Shown piece by piece: positions 49,403 through 63,306 of a DNA stretch of 64,000 bases. The notes beneath the pieces were generated by a model, which did no database searches, was not told the origin of the DNA, and saw only the letters and a list, made by a program, of their open reading frames with translations. The stretch's first letter is position 1, and each line of letters begins with the position of its first letter. Both the position numbers and the translations under genes were made by a program. Origin of the DNA: Octopus sinensis (Eukaryota); assembly GCF_006345805.1 (NCBI RefSeq), contig NC_042999.1:115320001-115384000 (forward strand), written 5' to 3'.

Positions 49403-52400
49403 ACAATTGCAGCATAGAAGGGGTTTATAAACCATTTAAAAACATGCAAAAACCATTAGATTCACTTCAACATTTAGATTTAACTTGTCAAAATACTTTC
49501 ATTGCTTTGAACCGCGACCTGTTCACTGACAAAATATTAATTCCACTTGAGATCAGCTTTCAGACTAAAATGCCTATTTTATAATTTTTTCTCTGATACC
49601 CATTATCCTTCTTACTATCCAAAACCATTTTACTTGACATCCATCTTTCATTCTTAATATTGTCCCTCTCCACTCAAATTTTACATTGATCACCCTTCTG
49701 TGTCATCAAATTATCTTTCCTTCTCCACCACCATACATCTTTCATTCTCTCCATGTGATACATCTACCTCTATTCACAGTTGCAAGAGTGTGAGAGAAGA
49801 AGCAGACGTCCCTTTGTCTCAACTTTCTGCTGTCCAATCTATTTTTATTACTATTTTGCTGCTCTTCACCCCTTTCTGCATAGTCAATCACACATGCTCC
49901 CCCCTTCCTTTCCCTAACTCATATGTATCATCAACCACCCTTCACAACATCTAACCCTCAACCCTACCCACTCTGTACAGTCAGTACTTTCTCTTCCCTT
50001 CAATGTATAGTTATCATTGACCCTTGTTCTTCATTTTTTATATTCACCCCTTCACCTATTCACCCCTTCACCCATTCGTCCATCTCTAATCATTCCTCAT
50101 TCTTCCCATATATTCTTGCAAACCCATTCATACTCCTTGCTCTCCTGTCCCTAACTCTACTCACATTGTACAGTGAAAACCCACCCAACATATCTATATT
50201 ACCACTATTCTATCTCCCTTTTCCATTTTGGTTACTTTTACCCATTCTTCTATATGAATAACCATGTAGCTCCTGACAACAAGAAACCAATTCTGTTCTG
50301 GTCCCTCTTATCACATTCTAATGCCCGTTTGGGGACAATATAATAAACTTACCCTTCCCCCTAAAATTGTTGACTTTTTCCAAAATTTGCATTATTGTTG
50401 TCATTGTTATTATTATTATACTCTTTTACTTGTTTCAGTTATTTGACTGTGGCCATGCTGGAGCACCGCCTTTAGTCGAGCAAATCGACCCCAGAACTTA
50501 TTCTTTGTAAGCCTAGTATTTATTCTATCGGTCTCTTTTGCTGAACTGCTAAGTTACGGGGACATATACACACCAGCATCGGTTGTCAAGCAATGTTGGT
50601 GGGACAAACACATACATACATATATATATATATACGACAGGCTTCTTTCTGTTTCTGTCTACCAAATCCACTCATGAGACTTTGGTTGGCCCGAGGCTAG
50701 AGTAGAAGACACTTGCCCAAGGTGCCATGTAGTGGGACTGAACCCGGAACCAAGTGGCTGGTAAGCAAGCTACTTACCACACAGCCACTCATATGCCTAT
50801 TATTATTATTATTGATATAATGCCTAAAAAATACTTTACTATATCAAAGGGAAATAGTTTCAGCAGGAAATTGAAATCATGTAATTTTTTATTTACTGTC
50901 ATATAATGAATATAAAGACATGGAGAATATAATAACTAAACTTGTGAATGGGAAACATTGTTCAAGTACAAACATTTGCAAATCGAAATATTAAAAATGT
51001 AGAGAAATAAAAGAAAACAAAAACAAACATAGATGTTTGAGAGTAGATTAAAGGAGTCAACTTGAAATACTTCCAATAGCTTTAACCCCATGTGTACAAT
51101 ACAATGCAGTTTACTAAGGACAAGCTATATAATATGTGTATAAAATAATGATGTAGCTAATTCCAAATTCATGTCAATACTTACTCAAAATCAATTGCAT
51201 ATCACTTATGAAATATGCAAAGAAAACACAACAATAATAATAAAACCATAACTATAACAATAAAAACATTATTATTATTAGATTTTATCAACATGTATAT
51301 GACAAACATTTCACATGGAAACCAGTTTGACTGTAGTAAGTGGCACCTCATAATTAGCTACTTTTGATATTGATTTGTCTACTTAGTTCTCTTGTTTGTA
51401 GATAAATCATTAGCTTTAATAAGTTCATATAGTAAACATGACTATGATTTTTCATCCCTGAAACAATTGTCAAACTTGCCAACCAGTTTGGAATTTATGA
51501 AAAGTCAAATACTTATAATAAGTATCATAAATGCAACTCAAAAGCAAGACATTAATTTATCTATTAATCTCAAATAAAATAGCAACAAGTTCAAGATGCT
51601 TGGCTATAAAACAGCTGATTATTGTTTTAAGAATTCTTCAGAGGAGTGTAAATTCTATAACCTGTCTGCCAGTTACTATAAATGGGGAAAAGTGTTAATT
51701 TCTAAAGAATACATTTCTTCATTATCTTTAAATTTTCAAAAAATTTTGCAGTAAAGTTTTGATAAATTTTGTTGAAAATTTTTCTAGTAAAATAGTAAGG
51801 TCACTTTTAAAAATGTCAATAGTTTGTATTAATCTAAAATAGCAATATATCTTCATAAGATTTGGTTGAAAGAATAGAGGTTCATATGAACAGAATTTAT
51901 CTGAGGGCATTTCAAAGAAAGTACCAGTTTCAACACTGGCTGTATCCCAAAAGTTTTGATTGGAGTCAAACCTTTCTCTGGGATCATATTACATACTGAT
52001 AAATTTAAGTTGTATGAACACCACTTCAAAACATCCATTTTGTTACCTTCAATATGAATCTACAGGCAATAAGCAAATATTTATAAAAATAGCTCATGAT
52101 AGACAAAGCAATGGAATTAGTAATGAAATTAATCATAACATGAAGTCAAGACTCATAAATAGATTAAATTAGGATTATGAGAGTATTGGTTCAGTCATTT
52201 CAAATTGGTTAAATTATGCAACTAAATTTTTGATAGTTTTTGTAAATCGCTAATAAACATGATGGATCCTTTGCTATGCTGTTGTTGACAAACTTGATTA
52301 TAAATAGGATTATAAAATGAAATAGACTTAGTAGTGAAAAGATTAGAGAAAATTTCATTGATGCGGAAATTATGACAGGAAGTAATATAAAAGAATGCAT

Positions 52401-52899
52401 TTTTATTCTCAGTACTAATTTAGAACTATGTGATCCAACACAGACAATTTCCTCTAATTTCTATATTTGTAAACCACGATCAATTTATTCTCAGAGTCAG
52501 TATTAGTGCAGCTTTATATTTTGCAGTCATGCTACAATATAAAAAATCAATGTTTATAGTGTAATCTAAACAAAATTACACAACTACAACAGTAAGGAAA
52601 CAATTATTATTATTACTGCTGCTTTTGATTCATCTGAGCAAAATAGTTTACTGTAATTATTTTACCAAATTTAAATATTTTTCTTTCATATAATCATCTT
52701 TGGTAGGCTATCAGCTAGATCCCTCACTCTCTATCACTTGCTTTATTTCACTCTTTCACACATACATACATAAACTTGCTTATGTTTGTCCATTAAATTT
52801 GATGATGGACATCTTCAACAAGTTTTTGTTGATTGTAAATCCAAATTTTTAATGCAAAGTTTTGGTTGAAGGCAGGATATGTGAGTATTAGTTGGAGTG

Positions 52900-54200
52900 G
52901 CTAAATACTAATTTGCATGCATGCCTCTTTTCTAACTTCTCTTGGGCACATTGAGTGCATTTCTCCCTCCTCCACATCTTCAATGAAAAGTCCATAATGA
53001 ATAGTTGATTTTACTTCTTTGGCCAGGCAATAACCAAGATGTAGCTGAGCACATTACAGGTTTGAGCCATCTCAGCTGATACCTGTACAATATATATTTA
53101 ATACTGCTTGTATTGGCTCAAAGGAGATTTCTGTGTGTATACTCCGATCACTCCAAGAAACAGAAAGTCTCCTAAAAAGATTGGATGTTAAAGCCTCAAG
53201 GGTCTAATATCAACTGTATGTAATCACACTCACACAAGAAGGTGGAAACACATATTACCAGATAGATGAGAATCTTGGCATGAAGATTGAAATGGTCATA
53301 TTAGAAAGATACTATATTTGCACCTCTTAACAGTTACAGAGACCTGTCTGAGATAGTTTGTAATCTGCTCCAATCTGCAGTCATATTGGGAAGGTCTGAT
53401 TAGTTGTTGTTGCTGTACTAAGTAAATGGGGAAGAAAGAAAGTGGTGTGGTGTGCCATTGAGGGATAACCTATTTCCTTGGTTTTAAATGTTAGGCCCTT
53501 CTTTTAAAGAGCTGTAAGAGCTGTTGAAATAGTGACTCCAGGGCTTCTGGAGAGCAAGTTGCCAGAGTATAGTTATCAGTATTCTATAGTTTGATGATCT
53601 ATTTTGTGTCTAGGCTCAGTGTTGACTTACAGCTGTTGGACAACACAAGGATGCTTATCAAATCAAAAGTTTATAGTGACTTCTGCCTCCCTTTCCCACA
53701 GAAGTTTTCTGCTGACTGTATCAAAGACCTTTGAAATATAGGTGTTTTGTCAAGATGGGCATTTAACAAAATTTCTCCATCACTGCCAGATCCACAGATT
53801 TAGGCTGGGTTAAGATTTGGTTAAAGAATTTGCCCCAACATTACACAACTGCCTACTGACTTTTCAATAGAGATGTGTCATCTGATGACTTGAGTGGTGC
53901 TAGGGAATAATTTCAGGGGGTCATAAAATGCTTTTTTATTTTTCATCCTAGAAATTTTGCATTTCTGCATGCAAATGAATTTCTTAAGCTTTTAAATCTA
54001 CCATTCATTTCTTTTGAAAAGCTTATCATTGCTGTTTTTGAGTGTGTGATGTGGGATTATTTAGAGTTGCTCTGTGGGCCTTAGGTATATCATTCAGGAG
54101 CTTACTAATTCTGCTGGACTTTTCACTGAATCAATCTTGGCATTTTTGTCTCTTGAATCAAATCGTTTTGGCAGAAATCTAGTGTGGGAGGTTCATTTGT
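52900..54200 (-). mobile_element. Very decayed RTE-like LINE fragment
   Basis: CWGKFFNQILTQPKSVD and SKVFDTVSRKLLWE (KAFDTVSR..LW) remnants; boundaries approximate. Confidence 0.55.
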
Positions 54201-55854
54201 CATTTGTTAGTTTCTGAAGTTAGGAGTGTCTCTGAAGCCTTTTGTTTGATAATTGGTGAGTGAGGGTAGATTTTACAAATACTGGGGTTTTTGAGCTTGC
54301 AGTAACACACCCATGCATGTGCATGAGAGGCAAAATTTAGAGCTTTGGCTTTGCAATTGCTACTGAGGCAAGTTCAACAAGATACATATTCTACTTCACT
54401 TTTTATCAGTTTGCCTGATTAACTGCACATGTACTCTTTATTGTTGAATGGTTAAGATAGAATATGTAGGAGTACTGAAACTGAAGATAAAACCTGGACC
54501 TGTAAAATAATGTGATTAGTAGACCAATATAAGCATTGGACTACAAAAGAAATGACTATTAAAAATTTATCAACTTTATGAACAGTAATAGGTTTTTATG
54601 GTTACACACACACACACAGAGTACACTGTAAAGTGGTTGTCAAGCGAGCAGAGTTGTTGAGTCAAGAGCACCTTTTAACCTCTATAGTGCTGGTATGATG
54701 ATAAAAGGCACCCACTACACTCTGTAAAGTGTAAAGAGGGATTAGGAGGACCCTTTAGTTTTGTTGAGAACATGACAACTTCTTCAGTGCTGATACCACA
54801 ATTTAATATATGCAGTAAACCCTATAAAGTAGTTGGGTTAGAAAGAGCATCTAGTCATAAAAATCAAGTCAAAAATAAAACATACAAGTTAGATGTGGTC
54901 CTTTGATTCATCTAGGAGAACAGTGACTCAAAAATAAGAAGTGACATGAACTAGATTGATCTTTTCAATTTCTGCCAACATGAAAAGCAAGCATAAAATG
55001 ATGATGATGAAAATGATATATATCTAAAGCATGGATTAATGATAAGAAGCTCCCCACCCCTGCTCGACGAGTGTTGATGTATTTATGTCTATGTAACTTT
55101 GCAGTTCAGCAAAAGGGACCAATAGAATAAGTACTAGGCTTTAAAAAAAATAAGTCCTGAGGGCAATAGTCAAATGACTGAAACAAGTAAAACATAAAAG
55201 ATAAAATACTAATTTTGTTACATTGTTATGGCCTGTATCACATAAGTAAAAGACTTATGGAATCTTATTTTTATTAAGTGGGTCATTATAATTACCATTA
55301 TTATGTAATTGAAAAAATATTTTGTGCTCCAATAAATGATACCATAGATTTAATCTGGGGATTATGGATATTAATGTTTTTTCTGAAAGATCAGAACTTT
55401 GTATCAAAAATACAATAGAAGGCAAAAGAGAAAATGAAAAATCTATTGAAAATATTCTAATAAGCTGGTGTTATTGAAAAGAAAGATTGATTTTTATTCA
55501 AAATTGCAGGGGATAAAATATATCGATTTCACACTCAAGCACATTTTGGGAAAGGGTGAATATAATTATTAACTAAGCTTAAGTATGCAAAAATGAAAAT
55601 TAAATTCATCTGTAAAAATCATTATTCTTATTTGATAAAGTATTTTAATCCATTGTTTGCATACATTACATATGGGTTATCAATATAATTTGCCTAATTA
55701 TAGTTTCTGTAAATGGTACATTTAATTTATGAAAAGGATAAGTGAAAGAATATATTACATCTTTAAGCATATCTATTTTTGAGATTGTTAATTTTCAACA
55801 TGTAAGTTGTAAAATATAAAATTGCAAAATGGTTTATATCACTCACTCTCAGGG

Positions 55855-56015
55855 CAGTGACGTAGCATGAGTTTTTGTTGACCTGTGTGGTAACTAAATT
55901 TGCCACCTGCTTCTCTTTCTTAAACATAACATAACTTCATCTTGTCGGTTCCCCCTACTGCAAAGAGGCAACTCTGTGTGATCTGGACACCCATAACCCA
56001 CATGCTATGCCATTT
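55855..56015. mobile_element. Small MITE remnant
   Basis: Inverted ends CAGTGACGTAGCATG / CATGCTATGCCATTT. Confidence 0.55.
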
Positions 56016-59000
56016 CTTTAAGGTTAGCCAGCCTATGAGTCTCATCCTAACTTTAGGTTACACATCTAAATGTTAGGATTTTAACTTCAGTGGAGAATAT
56101 GGAAAAAATGAAAACTGTAAATATTTCCACAAATAGGATTTTATGCAAAGATAAGATAATAAATATTATCCAAAGAAAGTCCCAAGAATTTGACTTTTAA
56201 GGTACCAAAAAATTTGTGAAACAAAACGTTTCTGAATTAGCTATATGCAACTATCAATCTTCATACACAAATATCTATACTGCACTATTTTACTTATTCT
56301 GTTACATACTGTTTTTAATTAAGGAAATAATAACATGACAATCAATACACCAATATCTCTCTCACATACACACATATGTATATGTGTATTCATCAGAATT
56401 ATCACATTGTAATGTGATGTCCCAAGCATGTTAAAATTATTGAAGCATTTGATACTGCAGTAGATATGATAAAATATATTTGCATCTTAGAACATCATAG
56501 AGGCAGCTTGTAATATATAATTTGATACCGATAATTCTATCAAATTAAGAACATAAGAAATAACATGCAGAATCTGAACTTTATCAGCTAAAATAATCTA
56601 TATAAGCAATATATTGTTATTGATATGAGTAAATAAAAATTGTTTTTCTTTTTTTGTTTTGAGAGTAACAAATAAATATTACAATACAATACAAATAAAT
56701 ATAATACCAACATCACACAAATGTATGAACATACATTGGGGTATGGCATAAAGTTGTATAATTATTTATTTTTACTGTTTTATCATGCTTACATGCTTGG
56801 GATGGTTTTCATTGTTAATCCCTCATCTGTAATGTGAGAAGTAGAACCTATTGAGCCAAAGAGGGACTCTGTTTACATAGTCACATGAGTTTCTAGAAAT
56901 AGCAACTTAAATTTCTTCAAAAATTTATGCAACAGATTTTTTTTTTAAAGGAGAGTTCTATTAGATAATGAAGTTCTGGATATACTATGCCTAAAAAATG
57001 TGCCTGAATAAAAAACGAGATGGTTAAGGCTAGAGCAACTGACAAGGGCCTAAACAGCATTGACAAATGGAATGTTTAGATAGGGAAACTGAAGCAAGCA
57101 GAGTTATGTGTCTTACTGAATGCACAAAAACAATTAACATTTAATGATAAATGTGAATATAAAATATTAAAGAAAAATAAATAGAGAAATAAAATTTACA
57201 TAACAGTTGCTTTCAGTTTCATTTATAATCTAACTACTTAACAACTAATAAAACAACAAAAACCAATTCCAGTGAAATCTCTCTCAGATTACTAAACAGC
57301 TGTATAGCACAACACATTTACAGCCTATGGAATATTCTAACTACAAGATTTCAAACCATTCACTTCCCCCTTATAACTTAAAGGTACTCTATGTTTATTA
57401 AGCTACATAATACAGACATTACACAACTTATTCTACATCAACAACCATGAAATCTGGTTGAGAAAAAAAGCAACAAAAGATACCAACTAAAAGTAGTAAC
57501 TAACAAATCTACCATTACCCTTCTTACCACCAGCACCAAAGAACTTTGGATAGATCCAATCAGCGATTACACTTGTGATTTTAGTTTTGATTATGTGATT
57601 TTGATTGTCTCAGTTGCTGTTATATGCCTGCAGTACGACTGCACAAAGTTCTGTTCTGTTTGCATACGACATGTTCAGCGTTGATTTTAGTTAGTCGAGA
57701 ATGTAGCAACTCGCTGTATAAAAATGTTATTGCGTTGAAGTTTGGTTTTGCTTACAATTTTAGCAATCTTTATTTGTATTGTATATTGCAACAACATAAG
57801 CATAGCATATACACATAGATGACATGACAAAATACTAGAAATTTATTCACAAAATTCTCAGTATGCATGAAATATAAAGACAGCAAACTGATACACTTGG
57901 TCAACATAAAGTGATAAAAAATGTTAACAAACATTTTATCAAATCAATCATGGATTATGCTACTCTTATCTTGGTTCACACCCTCTTCCCAATAAACTAT
58001 AACAAAACAGTGGGCACATACAAACCACACTAACTATACAATGAAATACTAAGTTATAAATGAAAGACTACCAAGACCAGCACTAACTGCACAGAAAGCA
58101 TTACAATTCATGCAGAAGCTAACAATACACTCAAACACCCAAACAGATCTACAACACCATATCACACTATTACGACATTAGCAGAAGTACAGTAAATTGC
58201 TCACTGAGTCTGGATAAATACTCACACATTAATACACACATACACATAAAAAAAACCCACAAAGAAAACAAAATAACAGCAGCATCAATAACCTCATTAA
58301 CTCCAAGCCAATGAAAGAGCTTCTATGCAGATGCTCAATTTGCTACAGATAGCAGCCAAATCTCCTTCAAGTCACACTCTGTCACCTTAAAATAAAAGAG
58401 ATAACACTTTGCATAACGTGCACTATGTTGGATAAAAGAAGGGAAGGTCACAGCTGGAATAATTCAGATCATAGGTTTACTCATTCAAACTGATCTGGGA
58501 CTAAATAATAATTATCAATTCAAATGCTGTGCTGGAATACACACAACCAGAGATAAATGTAGGACAACATCAGTCATGGTTGACCATGTGCATCTTGCCT
58601 TTTTTTACTGCAACTACTACAAGAGCATAGAAGCATGCAGAAAAGGCTTGGAAAGTGGAAGAAACAAAACTTACTAAAACAGCTGTATTGTATTTAATGT
58701 AATAATCTAAGACATGTTGGAGAGTGCAGTATAGTTCTTTATAAGGTGAAGGCATGGTGGAACTGTAAATACCACTCAGTCATTTGACCAATTAACTACA
58801 TGCCATAAGTCTGTTTGATCAGTACTATATGTCAAGAAGACCCAAACATTTTAGGGTGGTTGGGTGAAATGAGAAGCTTTGACACGTTTAGCTTAAAATA
58901 GTTTCAACAATGAATCAATCTGGATTGTGACTAACAACACTTATAGGTTCAAAATTATCTAGAGGTTTGAGGAAAGAAAAATCTTTTAGCTAGATATAAT

Positions 59001-59227
59001 ACCTGTGTTAATACAATGTTAAGTTTAGCATGCAAGTAGTAATAATTGATTGTATTAACACCAGTGTATAATTGAGAGTAATTTTGTTAGTCTTGGATGG
59101 AGGAAAGCTGGTGTCAACTTAGGTATGATATAAATCCAGAATTTAGAATGACAAAATATTGTAAAGCATTTAGACGATGACGATGATGACACCGCTGCCA
59201 ACAATAATAATAATAATAATAATAATA

Positions 59228-59766
59228 AATGCCCTGATGCAGTACCAGGTATTGGCTCTCATGGCTTCTGATCTTAACTGATTGGATGTGTTATCTGGTA
59301 CATGTTTTGTCTTGGTATAAAAGATGAGCTACAACAAATATTCTGCTCAATACTACAGATTTACTTGTCAGTTTTTTGAGCAGGTCCCTTGGTGGCTGAC
59401 AATATGTGCAGCTCTGATCATGAGCAGAGATAGTGGAAGAGCATCATAGCCATGTGTTGAGAGGAATTCTTTGTGGTTTGAATAGTTCACCTCTAGAAAC
59501 ATGGGTGTTTCATTCATCATTAAACAAACCTTATTCAGGGACCTTTTGAGTGGATGGGCTACTCAACCAGAAGAAAATTCTTACTTGGCCCCAACTGCAA
59601 GATCATGTGCTGTTTATCTTTATGTAAGATCACCATGTTGCACACATATGGTTGTGATGTATGTGCCTGGTGTACTCTTATCAGACAGGTAGTCATGATG
59701 GGTATATAGGGCTTCAAATACTTGCATCCCAATGTTACTTTGATGGCATGTGCTGCTCTCTCACTC
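59228..59766. mobile_element. About 540-bp non-coding element inserted within (AAT)n
   Basis: Higher-GC block with (AAT)n directly on both sides; no TIRs or convincing ORF. Confidence 0.6.
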
Positions 59767-59784
59767 AATAATAATAATAATAGT

Positions 59785-60272
59785 TTCAATTTTTGGCACA
59801 AGGCCAGCATTTTTGACTCCAGTGCTCAATTGGTACTCATTTTATCAATCTCAGAAGAATGAAAGACAAAATCAACCTTGATGGGATACGAACGAACGAA
59901 CGAACGGACGAACGAACGAACAAACGAACCAACCAACTAACCAACCAACAACAACAATTCTTTCTATTATAGACACAAGGCCTCAAATTTTGGGGGAGGC
60001 ATTAGTCGATTACATCAACCCCAGTGCTTAACTGGTACTTATTCTATTGAAGGATGAAAGGCAAAGTCGACCTTGGTGGGATATGAACTCAGAACAACCA
60101 CAATAATAATAATAATAATAATTCTTTCTATAATAGGTACAAGGCCCTGGAAGTTTTGAGGTGAGGGGGCTAGTCGATTACATTGATCCCAATGTTCAAC
60201 TGATACTTATTCTATTAGCCCTGGAAGATGAAAGGCAAAGTCAACCTTAGTAGCAAAGTCTACTTCAGTGAC

Positions 60273-60309
<37 letters not shown>

Positions 60310-61205
60310 TAATAATAATAACATTGGTTTCAAATTTTGGCACAAGGCTAGTAAGTTTGGGGGAAAATTGACCCCAGTGCTCAACTGGTGCTTATTTTAT
60401 CAACCCTGAAAAGATGAAAGTTTAAGTTGATCACTGTGGTATTTGAACTCAGAACCTAAAGATGGATGAAATGCCACTAAACATTTTGCCAGGCATGCTA
60501 ATGTTCCTACCAACTTGCTGCCTTAATAATAATAATTCTGAAATTTTGGGGTTGGGGGCTAACGATTATATTGACCCCAGTACATAATTGGTAGTTATTT
60601 TATGGACCTTAAAAGGATGAAAGATAATGTGGACCTTGGCAGAATTTGAACTCAGAATGTTAAGATGGCTGAAATGCTGCTAAGCATTTTGTCTGCCAGG
60701 CAAACGATTCCTTCAGCTCTCTGCCTAAGCAATAATAATAATAATCCTTTATACTATAGGCATAAGACCTGAAATTTTGGGAGCGGGGACTAGTCAATTA
60801 CATCAACCTCAGTGTTTCACTGGTACTTAATTTACTGACCCCAAAAGGATGAAAGGCAAAGTTGACCTCGGTGGAATTTGAACTCAAAACATAGCTTCAG
60901 GTGAAATAGTGCTAAGCATTTCACCTAGCATTCTATTGATTCTGCCAGCTCACTGTCTTAATAATAATAACAATGAAGAATAATAATGGTTTCAAATTCT
61001 ATCACAAGGACAGCAGTTTTGGTGGAGGGGATGAGTTGTTTACATTGACTCTAGTGTTCAACTGGTACTTATTTTATCGACTCCAAAAGGATGAAAGGTA
61101 AAGTTGACCTTGGTAGAATTTGAACTCAGAACATAGTGACAGGCGAAATACTGCTACGCATTTCATCTTGTGAGCTAATGATTCTGCCAGATCACTGCCT
61201 TATAA
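59785..61205 (-). mobile_element. Head-to-tail array of 7 SINE family A copies separated by (AAT)n/(AAC)n/(GAAC)n
   Basis: Copies at about 59795, 59960, 60123, 60325, 60538, 60745 and 60988, all in the same orientation and mutually diverged. Confidence 0.9.
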
Positions 61206-61379
61206 TGAAGAATAATAATATGTAACATCCTGCTGTTTTCTTGCTCAGTAGCAAAAACAACAAGAATAGTAAAATACAGACCAAATTTGAGATTTCTGGC
61301 AGTGAAAACCCAATTATGAAAAACATACAAAATGCACTATTTTTATCTTCAATATTACTTCAAAGATAATGGCTTCAAC

Positions 61380-61484
61380 ACCAAAGAGAATGTCACTAAA
61401 GCAAATGTTACCAAAAAGAATGTCACCAAAGCAAAAATCACTGAAGAGAATGTCATCAAAGAGAATGTTAACAAAGAGGACATC
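61380..61484 (+). repeat. Imperfect 15-bp tandem repeat x7
   Basis: ACCAAAGAGAATGTC consensus; in frame it reads TKENV TKANV TKKNV TKAKI TEENV IKENV NKEDI. Confidence 0.85.
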
Positions 61485-63254
61485 TCTTTCCCATGGATAT
61501 TAGTGATGTAGGTGAAACCAAATGCTCTCAACTAGAAGATGAAATTGAGTCACAAATCTCACTAATATGGGCAATGACAGCAGCAATAATGTTTTTCGTT
61601 TTTTTCATAGGTACACTGTTTTGTATGGAAGAAGGAAATAAGATTGTTTGGCAGTCGTGATTTTCTCAAGGATATTAGCCACATGAAGTTAAATCACAGC
61701 TGGGGATCAAAACTCAAGCACTAGTTGTGAACGTTCAACATACATTAGCTTCATTGTAGTAAAATAATAATTTTTACTTGGTAAATATGAATTAATGATT
61801 TGGAATTCACTGTGAGGAAAGAATATCAATCTTTACGTGTAATTGTATCATCTTTAATTTCCAATTAGTAGTTTTGCGAACTAGACACATCCAAATTTTT
61901 AAATTGCTTTATTTTCCTTTCATTACTGTACATTGTTTTTGCTAGTACACTGTATCACTTATTTTTAGTCCTATTTAAAAAAAAAAATGAATTGCTGTTT
62001 TCATATTTTCTTTACTTAAATTATTTTGGTTAATTTGAGAAGGGAAAGCAGATTCTATGGGTTTTATATTCTTTAAAGTGTGTAGACAACCTTATTTGAA
62101 TCCAGTGTCATCATGTTTTAATGAGAGTCATCTAGAGTTATCTTCCCTGTCACATTGTTAACAACTAGGTGCCGCTCGTTAGATAGATATAAAAAGATGC
62201 ACACAGCCAAGTAACATCCTCTTCTCCTTTCCCACATAGCCTGCAGCTAACTATGTCTTCTACATCTGTTCCTGCTACAGGATATCCCCACGTTGAGTTG
62301 AATTGTGTTAAATCCTCTATACCATTCATGGAAGGCAGCAAGACAAAAACGTTTCCTTATTCAACTTCCATTCTGCTCTATTGAATGTTAATATACAAGC
62401 TGTGTATATTAGAATAAATAAATGTGGATTGGAATAAATACTCCATGTACATGAAGTCTTCGATAACTCATACAAGTTGTTCTTCCTCACTGGATTTATT
62501 CCAACAGCTATCGAAGGATGACCGAACATTATATTAAATTAGTGGGCTAAAAGCTCGCTATAAGTGTTTCAGCTTTAAGGCTGCAGTCATGCTGGGGCAT
62601 CACTGTTGTAGGATTAGCTATAATATGAACATTTCAAAAGGTTTTGCTTAATGTCTCCATCTCAACAATAGTAAGGCCCTGTTTCTCAGATTCCAGAACT
62701 GTAGCAGTCTGAAATTCTCTCCTAACTCCTCCTTTGCCTTGTATTGTTAACAGGGAAGATCTCAAACTAAACATTAACTCATACATTTATCATTATTCCT
62801 CAGTCAACAAGATGTTTACATTGTTAAGGCACCCCAGATTAACTAATACAAATAAAAGGTTTTGATGTAGTGAAATTTCTAATATTTAATGAAACCATTT
62901 TTATTATCAATTCTGTTTAACATGAGACAATGTTACATTGTTCTTTATTAGAATAAGTTGGCATGTCCATCTGAATGCCATGTAAATGTAAACTGAGTAT
63001 TAATTAGCAAATTGTTTCATTAGATACTAAAAACTGCAAGTATACCCCATAACAAGAATCATATTGTCTTTAAAGTGAATTTCATAAAAGAAAAAGAAAA
63101 CCAAATGAAATACTTTACAAAGAAATACTTTTCTTTTCCTTTCAAGTTTTGTTCAATTTATGATTAGGCTGAGTTGTTTTCCTTTAAAGAAAATCATCTT
63201 TTAGTTTTTATAATTATAATTATATGAAATTTTGATTAAATAGAGAAACCTTAC

Positions 63255-63306
63255 CTTAAAAATAACATTTCCTCTCCAGCACATCTCCAAGAAATAATTG
63301 TAGCTC
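63255..63306 (-). CDS. Glucose-6-phosphate 1-epimerase, first coding exon visible in window (gene 5' end lies outside): (G)ATIISWRCAGEEMLFL(S)
   Basis: Acceptor ttcttcatgttacAG, donor GTaagg; 52 nt, phase 1 to phase 2; matches the GAxxxSW...E.LFLS N-terminal motif of the family; phase fits the next exon. Confidence 0.88.

Noticed and set aside
59785-61205. Repeat-spacer array
   Set aside because: The units are diverged SINE copies and the spacers are microsatellites.
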